Source: a virus
Direction: 5' to 3' (one strand)
Virus record (IMG/VR): IMGVR_UViG_3300045988_036893
Coordinates: 1 to 40,343 of that record
DNA: 40,343 nucleotides
The notes under the pieces are model-generated. The model saw only the letters and a program-made list of their open reading frames with translations, was not told the DNA's origin and made no database searches. Below, one piece after another: positions 23,092-29,597 of this stretch. The translations under genes were made by a program, and so were the position numbers. Position 1 is the stretch's first letter. Each line of letters starts with the position of its first letter.

Positions 23092-23179
23092 GTAGTTGTC
23101 AGATACGTAATAGCATTTAGTTCAGGCATATAGCTGTCTGGGCTTGGTGTTTTGTTGCGTTTGTTGCCTTACAAGTGCC

Positions 23180-23208
23180 ATTATACCGTAAACATACGCA
23201 ACAGTCAA
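23180..23208 (-). promoter_or_regulatory. consensus promoter TTGACT-17 nt-TATAAT on the minus strand (candidate early lytic promoter)
   Basis: The reverse complement of 23180-23208 reads TTGACTgttgcgtatgtttacggTATAAT. Confidence 0.75.
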
Positions 23209-23274
23209 GCGGTTTTGTTGCTTTTGTTTACGTTTGTATGATTGCACAAATAATTAGGTGAAAAATTGTATGTT

Positions 23275-23499
23275 CTATGACAACTTTATTCGATTGTGCG
23301 CAAAAGAAAATATATCCCCCAGTGCGGCAATTACACTGTCCGCAATAGCTCTGTCCAGCTCTAACGGCAGATTTTGCGCATCGTAAAAGTTCATGCCAGA
23401 GACTTCAATCAGTTTCAGCATTTTTTCAACGACTTCATCCTTTTTCTGCCTGTACTCGCTGTCATCGCACTTATTGTAGACATCAATTCTGTTGCGCAT
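23275..23499 (-). CDS. hypothetical protein (74 aa), AT-rich island
   Basis: A strong AAGGAG lies 7 nt before the ATG at 23499. Confidence 0.6.
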   Translation of the reverse strand: MRNRIDVYNKCDDSEYRQKKDEVVEKMLKLIEVSGMNFYDAQNLPLELDRAIADSVIAALGDIFSFAHNRIKLS

Positions 23500-23635
23500 T
23501 GCTTGTCTCCTTTATAACCTCATTACAAATTGCAATAGCATCTTTTAGCGGGATTTCTCGCAAAAGCTGCTTTGCCTGCTCTCTTAAACTAAGTATCGTA
23601 CTTTTTTGCGTGATTGTCAACGGTTCTTTTTTCAT
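23483..23635 (-). CDS. hypothetical protein (50 aa), AT-rich island
   Basis: ATG at 23635 follows GGGGGA. The longer track ORF would overlap the divergent gene. Confidence 0.45.
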   Translation of the reverse strand: MKKEPLTITQKSTILSLREQAKQLLREIPLKDAIAICNEVIKETSNAQQN

Positions 23636-23671
23636 TTCAGATTCCCCCAAATTAAATAAGGTTGTGATACT

Positions 23672-24577
23672 ATGGGCTTTTTTGACTTTTTGAAGCCGAA
23701 ACAAAAAGTAAATGTTTCCATAACTACACATGAGCCGACTAAAGATGAAATTGCAAAGCAGTATGCTGGTTACTGCAAAGCACAAACAGAAAAGCGGCAT
23801 GCTGAACAGGAAGAGCGAGCAAACGATAATTTTCTAGCGCTGTCTGCTGATGATCTCGCAGACAAAAACGGTCTAAAGCCAACAGAAATTTTAATGCTTT
23901 CTTATTTAGAGAAATATTCCAGCGGAAAGCCTGTTGCAAAGTTCTGGCATTATGATTATGGCGTTGATGATGTTTGGCCTATTATTAAAAAGCTGGAATC
24001 AATGGGATTTGCCGAAAACGGAAAATTGACCGAAAAGGGAAAAGCAGAAATAAAAGCCAACGAATACGTTTATTTTTATCACAGAAAATCCTATGCTCAT
24101 TGGGCTTTTACTTTGCCGGAGTTTTGTCGCGCCGTAAACGCTCGAAGAGACATCCCATATCGAGATTTAATATGGGGGCAATATAATAAACTATATATGG
24201 AAGCATTTTCATCTCCAAAAAGATGCCGTGATCTGCGCTATTTAATGTATGAATTTTTAGAGGATGAGAAGAAGTACAAAAATGCTTTTTCCATGTTGCT
24301 TGAAATTCCGTTTTACGACATGAATTGCGGTCGCCCGTTTGTATCGCCTAGTGTTATGCTGGAACTAAAAAAGGCGCAAAAGAAAGCATCCCTTACAGAA
24401 GAAGAAGTCTTTAATATGGCAAAAGGAAGCTATAGCAGAATCTTTGTTGATAATCCTACCATTCCCGCAATGGATGCCGCAGGCGTTGTCACGTCTTACA
24501 TTTTTGGAAAAGACGGGCTTGCGCAGAGGGTTCTAAAATCTTACAAAATAGATTGCAATAGATTGTTTTCCGCATAA
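23672..24577 (+). CDS. orphan 301-aa protein in AT-rich island next to the integrase (family not recognised)
   Basis: It is a long clean ORF, visibly AT-richer than the genome, on the same strand as the integrase. Confidence 0.7.
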   Translation: MGFFDFLKPKQKVNVSITTHEPTKDEIAKQYAGYCKAQTEKRHAEQEERANDNFLALSADDLADKNGLKPTEILMLSYLEKYSSGKPVAKFWHYDYGVDDVWPIIKKLESMGFAENGKLTEKGKAEIKANEYVYFYHRKSYAHWAFTLPEFCRAVNARRDIPYRDLIWGQYNKLYMEAFSSPKRCRDLRYLMYEFLEDEKKYKNAFSMLLEIPFYDMNCGRPFVSPSVMLELKKAQKKASLTEEEVFNMAKGSYSRIFVDNPTIPAMDAAGVVTSYIFGKDGLAQRVLKSYKIDCNRLFSA

Positions 24578-24870
24578 ACAGTTTATTGTATTTTACACAA
24601 CTCACAGTTGTATTTCAACACTTTCACAAAAATACTCATTTGTCAAGTCTTAGCTGTCCTATATATTGGATTTCCAGCACTTGACAACAACTTTTTTTGT
24701 CGCTTCCGCCCATGATGGGACGGCGGCTTGTTTACCAGCCTTTCCATTTGTCTGCCCCCTTGACCAAAATTGTACTGCATCCACAATATGCTTTTTGTCA
24801 AAGGCTGTAAATGACCAATATCGACAACTTATTGATATTTGCATTGGGTCTGTTGGTTTTATCCGCTACT

Positions 24871-24912
24871 AAACAAAAAAGCCCCTGCCGGTGTTCGTAC
24901 CACCGACAAGGG
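24871..24912 (-). terminator. minus-strand terminator upstream of the integrase start
   Basis: Minus strand reads GCCCTTGTCGGTG-7 nt-CACCGGCAGGGGC (13 bp, two G-U) followed by TTTTTTGTTT. On the plus strand the same positions are C-A mismatches and no T-run follows. Confidence 0.55.
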
Positions 24913-24976
24913 CAAAGAGCCGTCAACATAAAAAGTTGACGGCATTATTATAACACACAAAAAAAGGAGCCGCAAT

Positions 24977-26053
24977 ATGAAAAGAACAAATACAGCGAGA
25001 TGGATTGAATCTGCCCAGCGCTGGCAGATAAACGTGCAGAAAGACGGCGTGCGCAAAACCTTTACCAGCGCCAAGCCGGGGCGCACAGGCCAGCGGGAAG
25101 CCAACAAAAAAGCAGATGACTGGCTAGAAAACGGCTTGCAAACGCGCGGAAAGACGGTCGAGAGCGCATATAAAGAATACCTTGCGAGAGAATCAAAAAT
25201 ATCGGGCATAAGCAATTTTAGACCAAAGGAAAGCCGCTGGCGCATATGGATTCAGCCGGAAATTGGGCACCGGCGGTTGGAATCGTTGACGCAGCAGCAA
25301 GTGCAAACAGTTTTAGACAACGCCAAAGCCGCTGGAAAAAGCCGTAAAACGCTTCAAAATATCTATGGAGACATCACATCGTTTTTTCGGTTTGCACGCA
25401 ATTCAGGCTATACAACGTTTGTACCAGATAACTTGAACATTCCCGCTGGAACTCCAAAGCCGCAAAAGAAAATATTGCAGCCAGACGATTTAGCAATTTT
25501 ATTGTCAAGCGACAAAACCAAGTACATGGGCAAGGAAGCCAAAGACCCTTATATCAACGCATACCGCCTTGCTGTTCTGACCGGGATTCGACCGGGTGAG
25601 TTGATTGGTATGCAGTGGGAAGATGTGAAAGAAAACAGAATTTTTCTGCGGCGTGCGATCAACATTTATGGAGAAAAAACAACAGGTAAAAATGACAATG
25701 CGGTTAGAGCAATTGAATTGTCCGACATGGCTAAAAGCGTAATAGATGCGCAACGCGAACTTACAAAAAATGGTAAAAGTGTTTTTGGCATCTCAGATGA
25801 GCACTTGCTCTATAAATGGTGGAGAAAGTATTTCGATTACAACGGAATAAATTATGTTTCTCTTTACGAGCTTCGACACACGTTTGTATCGATTGCAAGC
25901 GCACTCCCGGAAGGGCAGCTCAAACAGATTGTTGGGCACAGCAAAAATATGGATACATTTGGTGTGTACGGCCACGCAGTCAACGGCCAGGCCGAAAAAA
26001 TAGCCTCTGCGATTGACGAAACATTTAAGGACGTGCTAAAAAGTACACACTAA
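24977..26053 (+). CDS. int: tyrosine recombinase / phage integrase
   Basis: It has an AAGGAG RBS. The C-terminal catalytic pattern is YELRHTFVS ... VGHSKNMDTFGVYGH. Confidence 0.9.
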   Translation: MKRTNTARWIESAQRWQINVQKDGVRKTFTSAKPGRTGQREANKKADDWLENGLQTRGKTVESAYKEYLARESKISGISNFRPKESRWRIWIQPEIGHRRLESLTQQQVQTVLDNAKAAGKSRKTLQNIYGDITSFFRFARNSGYTTFVPDNLNIPAGTPKPQKKILQPDDLAILLSSDKTKYMGKEAKDPYINAYRLAVLTGIRPGELIGMQWEDVKENRIFLRRAINIYGEKTTGKNDNAVRAIELSDMAKSVIDAQRELTKNGKSVFGISDEHLLYKWWRKYFDYNGINYVSLYELRHTFVSIASALPEGQLKQIVGHSKNMDTFGVYGHAVNGQAEKIASAIDETFKDVLKSTH

Positions 26054-26064
26054 AAGTACACACT
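26040..26064 (+). repeat. two direct AAAGTACACACT repeats (candidate arm-type integrase sites, P arm)
   Basis: The copies at 26040-26051 and 26053-26064 overlap the int stop codon. Confidence 0.6.
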
Positions 26065-26160
26065 TTTTTGGAAAATATATGGTTTGCCACAAAAATGTAG
26101 AACGATAACGTCCCGTATCATCGCCATTTTTTGCTTGTTGAATCGATATGATTCTGTATC

Positions 26161-26188
26161 TCCGTGGGTTCGACTCCCATCAGCCGCT
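26161..26188 (+). other. attP core candidate: 3' part of a tRNA gene (T arm + 3' acceptor strand)
   Basis: The sequence GTGGG-TTCGACT-CCCAT-CAGCCGC-T has no matching 5' acceptor strand upstream, so it is a partial tRNA, as is typical of tRNA-targeting integrases. Confidence 0.6.
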
Positions 26189-26195
26189 CTTTTAA

Positions 26196-26236
26196 AAACA
26201 CCGTAGATTCGTCGAAATCTACGGTGTTTCCTTTTT
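26196..26236 (+). terminator. strong terminator directly after the tRNA fragment
   Basis: A perfect 14-bp stem AAACACCGTAGATT/AATCTACGGTGTTT with a 6-nt loop is followed by CCTTTTT. Confidence 0.75.
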
Positions 26237-26237
26237 C

Positions 26238-26260
26238 AAGTACACACTTTAGTACACACT
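26238..26260 (+). repeat. two more direct AGTACACACT repeats (candidate P' arm sites)
   Basis: The copies at 26239-26248 and 26251-26260 have the same orientation as the P-arm pair. Confidence 0.6.
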
Positions 26261-26263
26261 TGC

Positions 26264-26401
26264 CTATTTTCTCTGCAAGCTGTGTACCAAATCATTATAC
26301 ACTTCAGGCCGTGCTTCTTTCAGCGCATCCATAAACTCATCCAGCACACGCCACACTCGCCCGTCATCAGCCTTGCTTACAATCTCCAAAAATTCACTCA
26401 T
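26264..26401 (-). CDS. cargo ORF 9 (45 aa), paralogous to the C-terminal part of ORF 8
   Basis: It is not in the track. MSEFLEIVSKADDGRVWRVLDEFMDALKEARPEVYNDL aligns with SDFLQAVSNVDTTAALNVLDELMSALYVTNPKVYNNV. It has an 8-nt overlap with the upstream ORF. Confidence 0.45.
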   Translation of the reverse strand: MSEFLEIVSKADDGRVWRVLDEFMDALKEARPEVYNDLVHSLQRK

Positions 26402-26570
26402 CCTGTAAACGCTCCAATTTCCGCATTACGTTATTATAAACTTTAGGGTTTGTTACATACAAGGCCGACATAAGCTCATCCAGCACGTTCAGCGCTGCTG
26501 TGGTGTCTACATTTGACACAGCCTGCAAAAAGTCACTGCCGCTTCGTAGTAACGCGCAGGCTCTTGCCAT
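26394..26570 (-). CDS. cargo ORF 8b (58 aa; probably the displaced C-terminal half of ORF 8)
   Basis: It lies in the -1 frame relative to 26507..26716 and overlaps it by 64 nt. There is no RBS at its own ATG. Confidence 0.4.
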   Translation of the reverse strand: MARACALLRSGSDFLQAVSNVDTTAALNVLDELMSALYVTNPKVYNNVMRKLERLQDE

Positions 26571-26716
26571 TTTGCTTTTTGTGGGGCAGGGGATACATCT
26601 GCAAGTTGCTGATTTTTCACAACATACAGCGCCGCCAAATTTTTAACTCTGGTCATGGTAAGTTCGCTGTTTTCGATTTCGGCTATAGCGCCGTCAATCT
26701 CTCGCACGTCCACCAT
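26507..26716 (-). CDS. cargo ORF 8a (69 aa)
   Basis: ATG at 26716 follows GGAGGTG. Confidence 0.55.
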   Translation of the reverse strand: MVDVREIDGAIAEIENSELTMTRVKNLAALYVVKNQQLADVSPAPQKAKWQEPARYYEAAVTFCRLCQM

Positions 26717-26730
26717 AGCCGCCACCTCCG

Positions 26731-27126
26731 TCAAGTGTTTTTCAGCTCGTCGATGCAATGCTGGATAGTCTCGCGGTCGTATCCATCAACGTTTCGTAGC
26801 ATGTCTTCCAGCTTTCGCATCATGCTGTCTCGCGCATCGTCTCGGCTGTAATGGCCACGCACATAATGAGAACCGCGCCGAGCATAGCTACTGCCGCGTC
26901 CATAATTGCCGCGCATGTTGGCGTTCCAATCACCATCCCGGCTGTAATCTTCATCGCGGCTGTAACCGTTTTCTTCCAGCATTGTAATTTTGTCGATGTT
27001 TTTAATGGTGTCGGTCAGCTTGTGAACAGTTTCCAAGTCGCCAGCAGACATTTCGCCTTTTTTGCCGATTTCGTCCAGCTCTGCGCACAGCATGTCCTTC
27101 AAATCGTACATAACTTTCATACTCAT
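26731..27126 (-). CDS. cargo ORF 7 (131 aa): helical ends flanking a Y/S/R/G/D-rich low-complexity core
   Basis: It has a strong AAAGGAG RBS. The core reads GYSRDEDYSRDGDWNANMRGNYGRGSSYARRGSHYVRGHYSRDD. Confidence 0.7.
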   Translation of the reverse strand: MSMKVMYDLKDMLCAELDEIGKKGEMSAGDLETVHKLTDTIKNIDKITMLEENGYSRDEDYSRDGDWNANMRGNYGRGSSYARRGSHYVRGHYSRDDARDSMMRKLEDMLRNVDGYDRETIQHCIDELKNT

Positions 27127-27139
27127 AATAGCGCTCCTT

Positions 27140-27562
27140 TCAGCTCACTCTCTCAACCATAAAGTTTGCGTTCGCAAACAAAACGGTTTGTGTGCTTGTG
27201 TTTTCGGCGGCAACGGTAAGGCAGCAGCCGCGCGGAACTTCAACAAAAGCCGTGACGTAAATATTAAAATAGTTTTCTACTGCTGCCGGTGTCACGGTTG
27301 CACTCGCACTGTTCAGCGGTTCTCCGTTGATGGAAAGTGCAGCCGTAATAGCTTCCACTGTGCCGCCGGTAGGGATAGCAACGTTTGCACCAAATCCCAC
27401 TTTAAAGCGAGCTTTGCACTGGTTCGTAATGCCGCGCAGCGTAACAATACCGGCGCCCTCTCTGTGTACGACACAGCCCTTACCCGCTACTGCCGTTTCC
27501 GTCAGTGGCACGTTCTGGCCTGCTGCCACGCTCACGGTATTGGCGTTTGTAAATTCAGCCAT
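27140..27562 (-). CDS. cargo ORF 6 (140 aa): beta-rich protein, possibly BclA C-terminal/TNF-like jelly-roll
   Basis: ATG at 27562 follows AAAGGAA. The pattern ...GIVTLRG...FKVGFGANVAIPTGG...INGEPL...ANANFMVERVS resembles the exosporium BclA C-terminal domain (weak, from memory). Confidence 0.6.
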   Translation of the reverse strand: MAEFTNANTVSVAAGQNVPLTETAVAGKGCVVHREGAGIVTLRGITNQCKARFKVGFGANVAIPTGGTVEAITAALSINGEPLNSASATVTPAAVENYFNIYVTAFVEVPRGCCLTVAAENTSTQTVLFANANFMVERVS

Positions 27563-27577
27563 AAAATCATTCCTTTC

Positions 27578-27613
27578 AAAAAAAAGATAGTGGCGGGACG
27601 ATTGCCCCGCCAC
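27578..27613 (-). terminator. internal terminator/attenuator of the cargo operon
   Basis: Minus strand reads GTGGCGGG-8 nt-CCCGCCAC followed by TATCTTTTTTTT, immediately before the ORF 6 RBS. Confidence 0.6.
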
Positions 27614-27676
27614 ATTTTGCACCATCGGCACGGGGCCGAACATGTCAGATGTTCCGACAAGTTGCCGTATTCGGTT

Positions 27677-28435
27677 TTAGCAGCCGCAGCCGTTGCAGCC
27701 GTTATAAGTGCCAGCTGCCCAGGGGTTGCAAGACTGGTAGGCGGGCACCGGCAATGGGCGCAGCTGGTTCAGCAGATAGCTGTTCTGCGCCGCCTGACTT
27801 GCGGCAAGCTGAGCGGCGAAAAGCTGCTGGTTCTGCTCGGCAATCTTGGCGTCTTTGGCCTCAATGCGCTGGGCGGTCATAGCGTCCAAAATTGCTCTCG
27901 CATTGGCGTTCTGGTTGTCGATGATGTCGCGCGTGCCGTTGCTGATCGTCTGGCGTGTCTCACAAGCCTGCGTTGCCGAATTGTAATTCACGCCCTGAAT
28001 CGCCTCGCGGGTCTCGCAGCAGCAGTTGGCCTGCTGCATCTGCATGGCAAAGAGCTGCTGCATAAATGCGGCCTGCTGGTTTGCACGGCTGATTTCGGCC
28101 GACATAAAGCCGTTGCTCATGCCCTGCTGTACGCCGTTGATAAGCTGCGCCTGCTGATAAAAGCCATCGCACAAGCCATTGTTCACGTTGTCAATTTTGC
28201 GCTCAATGTTGGCAAAATCCGACGTAAGAACGTAACCGTCAACCACGCCAGCACCGTTGCCAGCATTGTTGCCCCAGCCGTTGCCATTGCCCCAGCCGCC
28301 AGCGAAGATGAACAGAAACAGAACGATAAGCCACAGAGCGCCGTTATCACCCCAGCCGAAGCCACCACCATTGGAATTGGTATTTGCGGGCTGAACCGGC
28401 ATTGTCATAACAGTGCCGTCAGAAGAAAGACTCAT
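27677..28435 (-). CDS. cargo ORF 5 (252 aa): G/N/W-rich N-terminus, one TM, Q-rich coiled region, Cys clusters
   Basis: It has a strong AAAGGAG RBS. Notable segments are NGGGFGWGDNGALWLIVLFLFIFAGGWGNGNGWGNNAGNG, ...QQANCCCETRE... and the C-terminal GCNGCGC. Confidence 0.7.
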   Translation of the reverse strand: MSLSSDGTVMTMPVQPANTNSNGGGFGWGDNGALWLIVLFLFIFAGGWGNGNGWGNNAGNGAGVVDGYVLTSDFANIERKIDNVNNGLCDGFYQQAQLINGVQQGMSNGFMSAEISRANQQAAFMQQLFAMQMQQANCCCETREAIQGVNYNSATQACETRQTISNGTRDIIDNQNANARAILDAMTAQRIEAKDAKIAEQNQQLFAAQLAASQAAQNSYLLNQLRPLPVPAYQSCNPWAAGTYNGCNGCGC

Positions 28436-28495
28436 AGTATTCTCCTTTCAAAAAATATCAAAGTTAATGTATGTTCACCGTGCGCACGGATAAAC

Positions 28496-28714
28496 CTATT
28501 TCAAAAATCCTTGAAACTGCTGCGCCATCGTCTGCAACTGGTTAAGCTGCTGCTGGCTCATCTTCCCGGACTGCAGCAGTTTCTGCACCTCTTGTTTTGG
28601 GTCGCCCTGAAAATTTTGCCGAAATTGCTGAAACTGCTGCATCATCTGCTGAAACTGCCCCATCGGGCCGGGCAGCTTACCACCGCCCAGAGCATTAAAC
28701 AGTGGATTTGGCAT
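28496..28714 (-). CDS. cargo ORF 4 (72 aa): Q/F/M-rich small protein
   Basis: ATG at 28714 follows AAAGGGTGA. The sequence includes PMGQFQQMMQQFQQFRQNFQGDPKQEVQKLLQSGKMSQQQLNQLQ. Confidence 0.6.
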   Translation of the reverse strand: MPNPLFNALGGGKLPGPMGQFQQMMQQFQQFRQNFQGDPKQEVQKLLQSGKMSQQQLNQLQTMAQQFQGFLK

Positions 28715-29126
28715 TGTTATCACCCTTTCCCGGCTTGTCTGCCGTCAGCGCGTCAAGGCGGGCGCGTAGAGCGTCAAACTCTGCTCGCGTGACAAACTTA
28801 TCGTCTACTGTTTCGGGCTTCTGCGGGGCTTGTTTGCCGCGCTCTGTGTAGTCAAATACTCGCAGTGGTTGCGGCATCCCGCTTGCATCAGTAGACTTGA
28901 TGTAGAACACACTGTTTTCGCTGTCCATCAGCAGCACACTGTTTCCAGCCGCCACCATGTAAGCTTTCGCGCCCTCTTCACCCTGCACCCAGATGATAGG
29001 CGCGGACTGCTGCGGTTGCTGGTAGTTCTGCCGCAGCTGCGCCAGCTGGTCTGGCATTGCGGACGGCTGCCCCATCGGGTAATATCCCGGCGCAAATCCG
29101 GGCTGATACGGTACGCCAAACGCCAT
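28695..29126 (-). CDS. cargo ORF 3 (143 aa): P/Q/Y-rich N-terminus plus a conserved-looking globular domain
   Basis: ATG is at 29126. The domain reads IIWVQGEEGAKAYMVAAGNSVLLMDSENSVFYIKSTDASGMPQPLRVFDY. Confidence 0.65.
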   Translation of the reverse strand: MAFGVPYQPGFAPGYYPMGQPSAMPDQLAQLRQNYQQPQQSAPIIWVQGEEGAKAYMVAAGNSVLLMDSENSVFYIKSTDASGMPQPLRVFDYTERGKQAPQKPETVDDKFVTRAEFDALRARLDALTADKPGKGDNNAKSTV

Positions 29127-29132
29127 TGTCAA

Positions 29133-29510
29133 TCATCCTTTCTGCCAGTAGTACAGCGGCACTTCATCTCCGCTGTCCCATGTATCTAGCCAATCCCCAT
29201 TCTGCACGCACACAACATGCGTAGCCATTGCCAAAATGTATGTTCCGTCCGGGTGGTCTTTCGCAAATTGCGCAACGGTGTAACAGTCCGGGCAACTGTT
29301 CGGAATTGCCGAACGCGTCCACCCGCATCGCCGCAGATAGCTGCCCCAGACATAGTTTGCAGACGGCATATCATGCAGTTCAAATCCTGCCAACACCAGC
29401 GCCGCATATACAGCCGCCCACGATTGATGCGTTGCAGCTGCAATGGCTCTGACGGTGCAATCGCCAACGCGCTTTTGCTCTGGGTTTAGGTTGATTTGCC
29501 TGTATGCCAT
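29133..29510 (-). CDS. cargo ORF 2 (125 aa): putative papain-like (C39-like) cysteine peptidase fold
   Basis: ATG at 29510 lies 8 nt after AAGGAG. Candidate catalytic residues are Cys (RVGDCTVRAI) and His (MATHVVCV), followed by DTWD. Confidence 0.55.
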   Translation of the reverse strand: MAYRQINLNPEQKRVGDCTVRAIAAATHQSWAAVYAALVLAGFELHDMPSANYVWGSYLRRCGWTRSAIPNSCPDCYTVAQFAKDHPDGTYILAMATHVVCVQNGDWLDTWDSGDEVPLYYWQKG

Positions 29511-29537
29511 CCGCACCGCTCCTTTTTCTTTAATTGT

Positions 29538-29592
29538 ACAAAAAAAGACGGCACAACGTAGGCCAGTAAAGTGCCAACATTGTGCCGTCTTT
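29538..29592 (-). terminator. terminator 2 of a tandem pair (13-bp perfect stem, 23-nt loop, T7)
   Basis: Minus strand reads AAAGACGGCACAA...TTGTGCCGTCTTT followed by TTTTGTACAAT. Confidence 0.55.
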
Positions 29593-29597
29593 GGGAC

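Noticed and set aside
24659-24872. Two small overlapping ORFs (61 aa on the minus strand, 68 aa on the plus strand) between the 301-aa gene and int.
   Set aside because: Neither has a Shine-Dalgarno sequence and they overlap each other completely. The region more likely holds regulatory hairpins and the int promoter.
24859-25245. A 128-aa minus-strand ORF overlapping the integrase start.
   Set aside because: It is antisense to the integrase 5' end, has no RBS, and has a hydrophobic, Cys-rich shadow-like composition. Its presence upstream of the minus-strand terminator at 24871-24912 is noted, but an antisense RNA would explain that without a protein.
27062-28792. A 576-aa plus-strand ORF across the cargo region.
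   Set aside because: It is antisense to five minus-strand ORFs that each have strong Shine-Dalgarno sites. It crosses their intergenic terminator, and its translation is Arg/Cys/Ala-rich with no recognisable motif.
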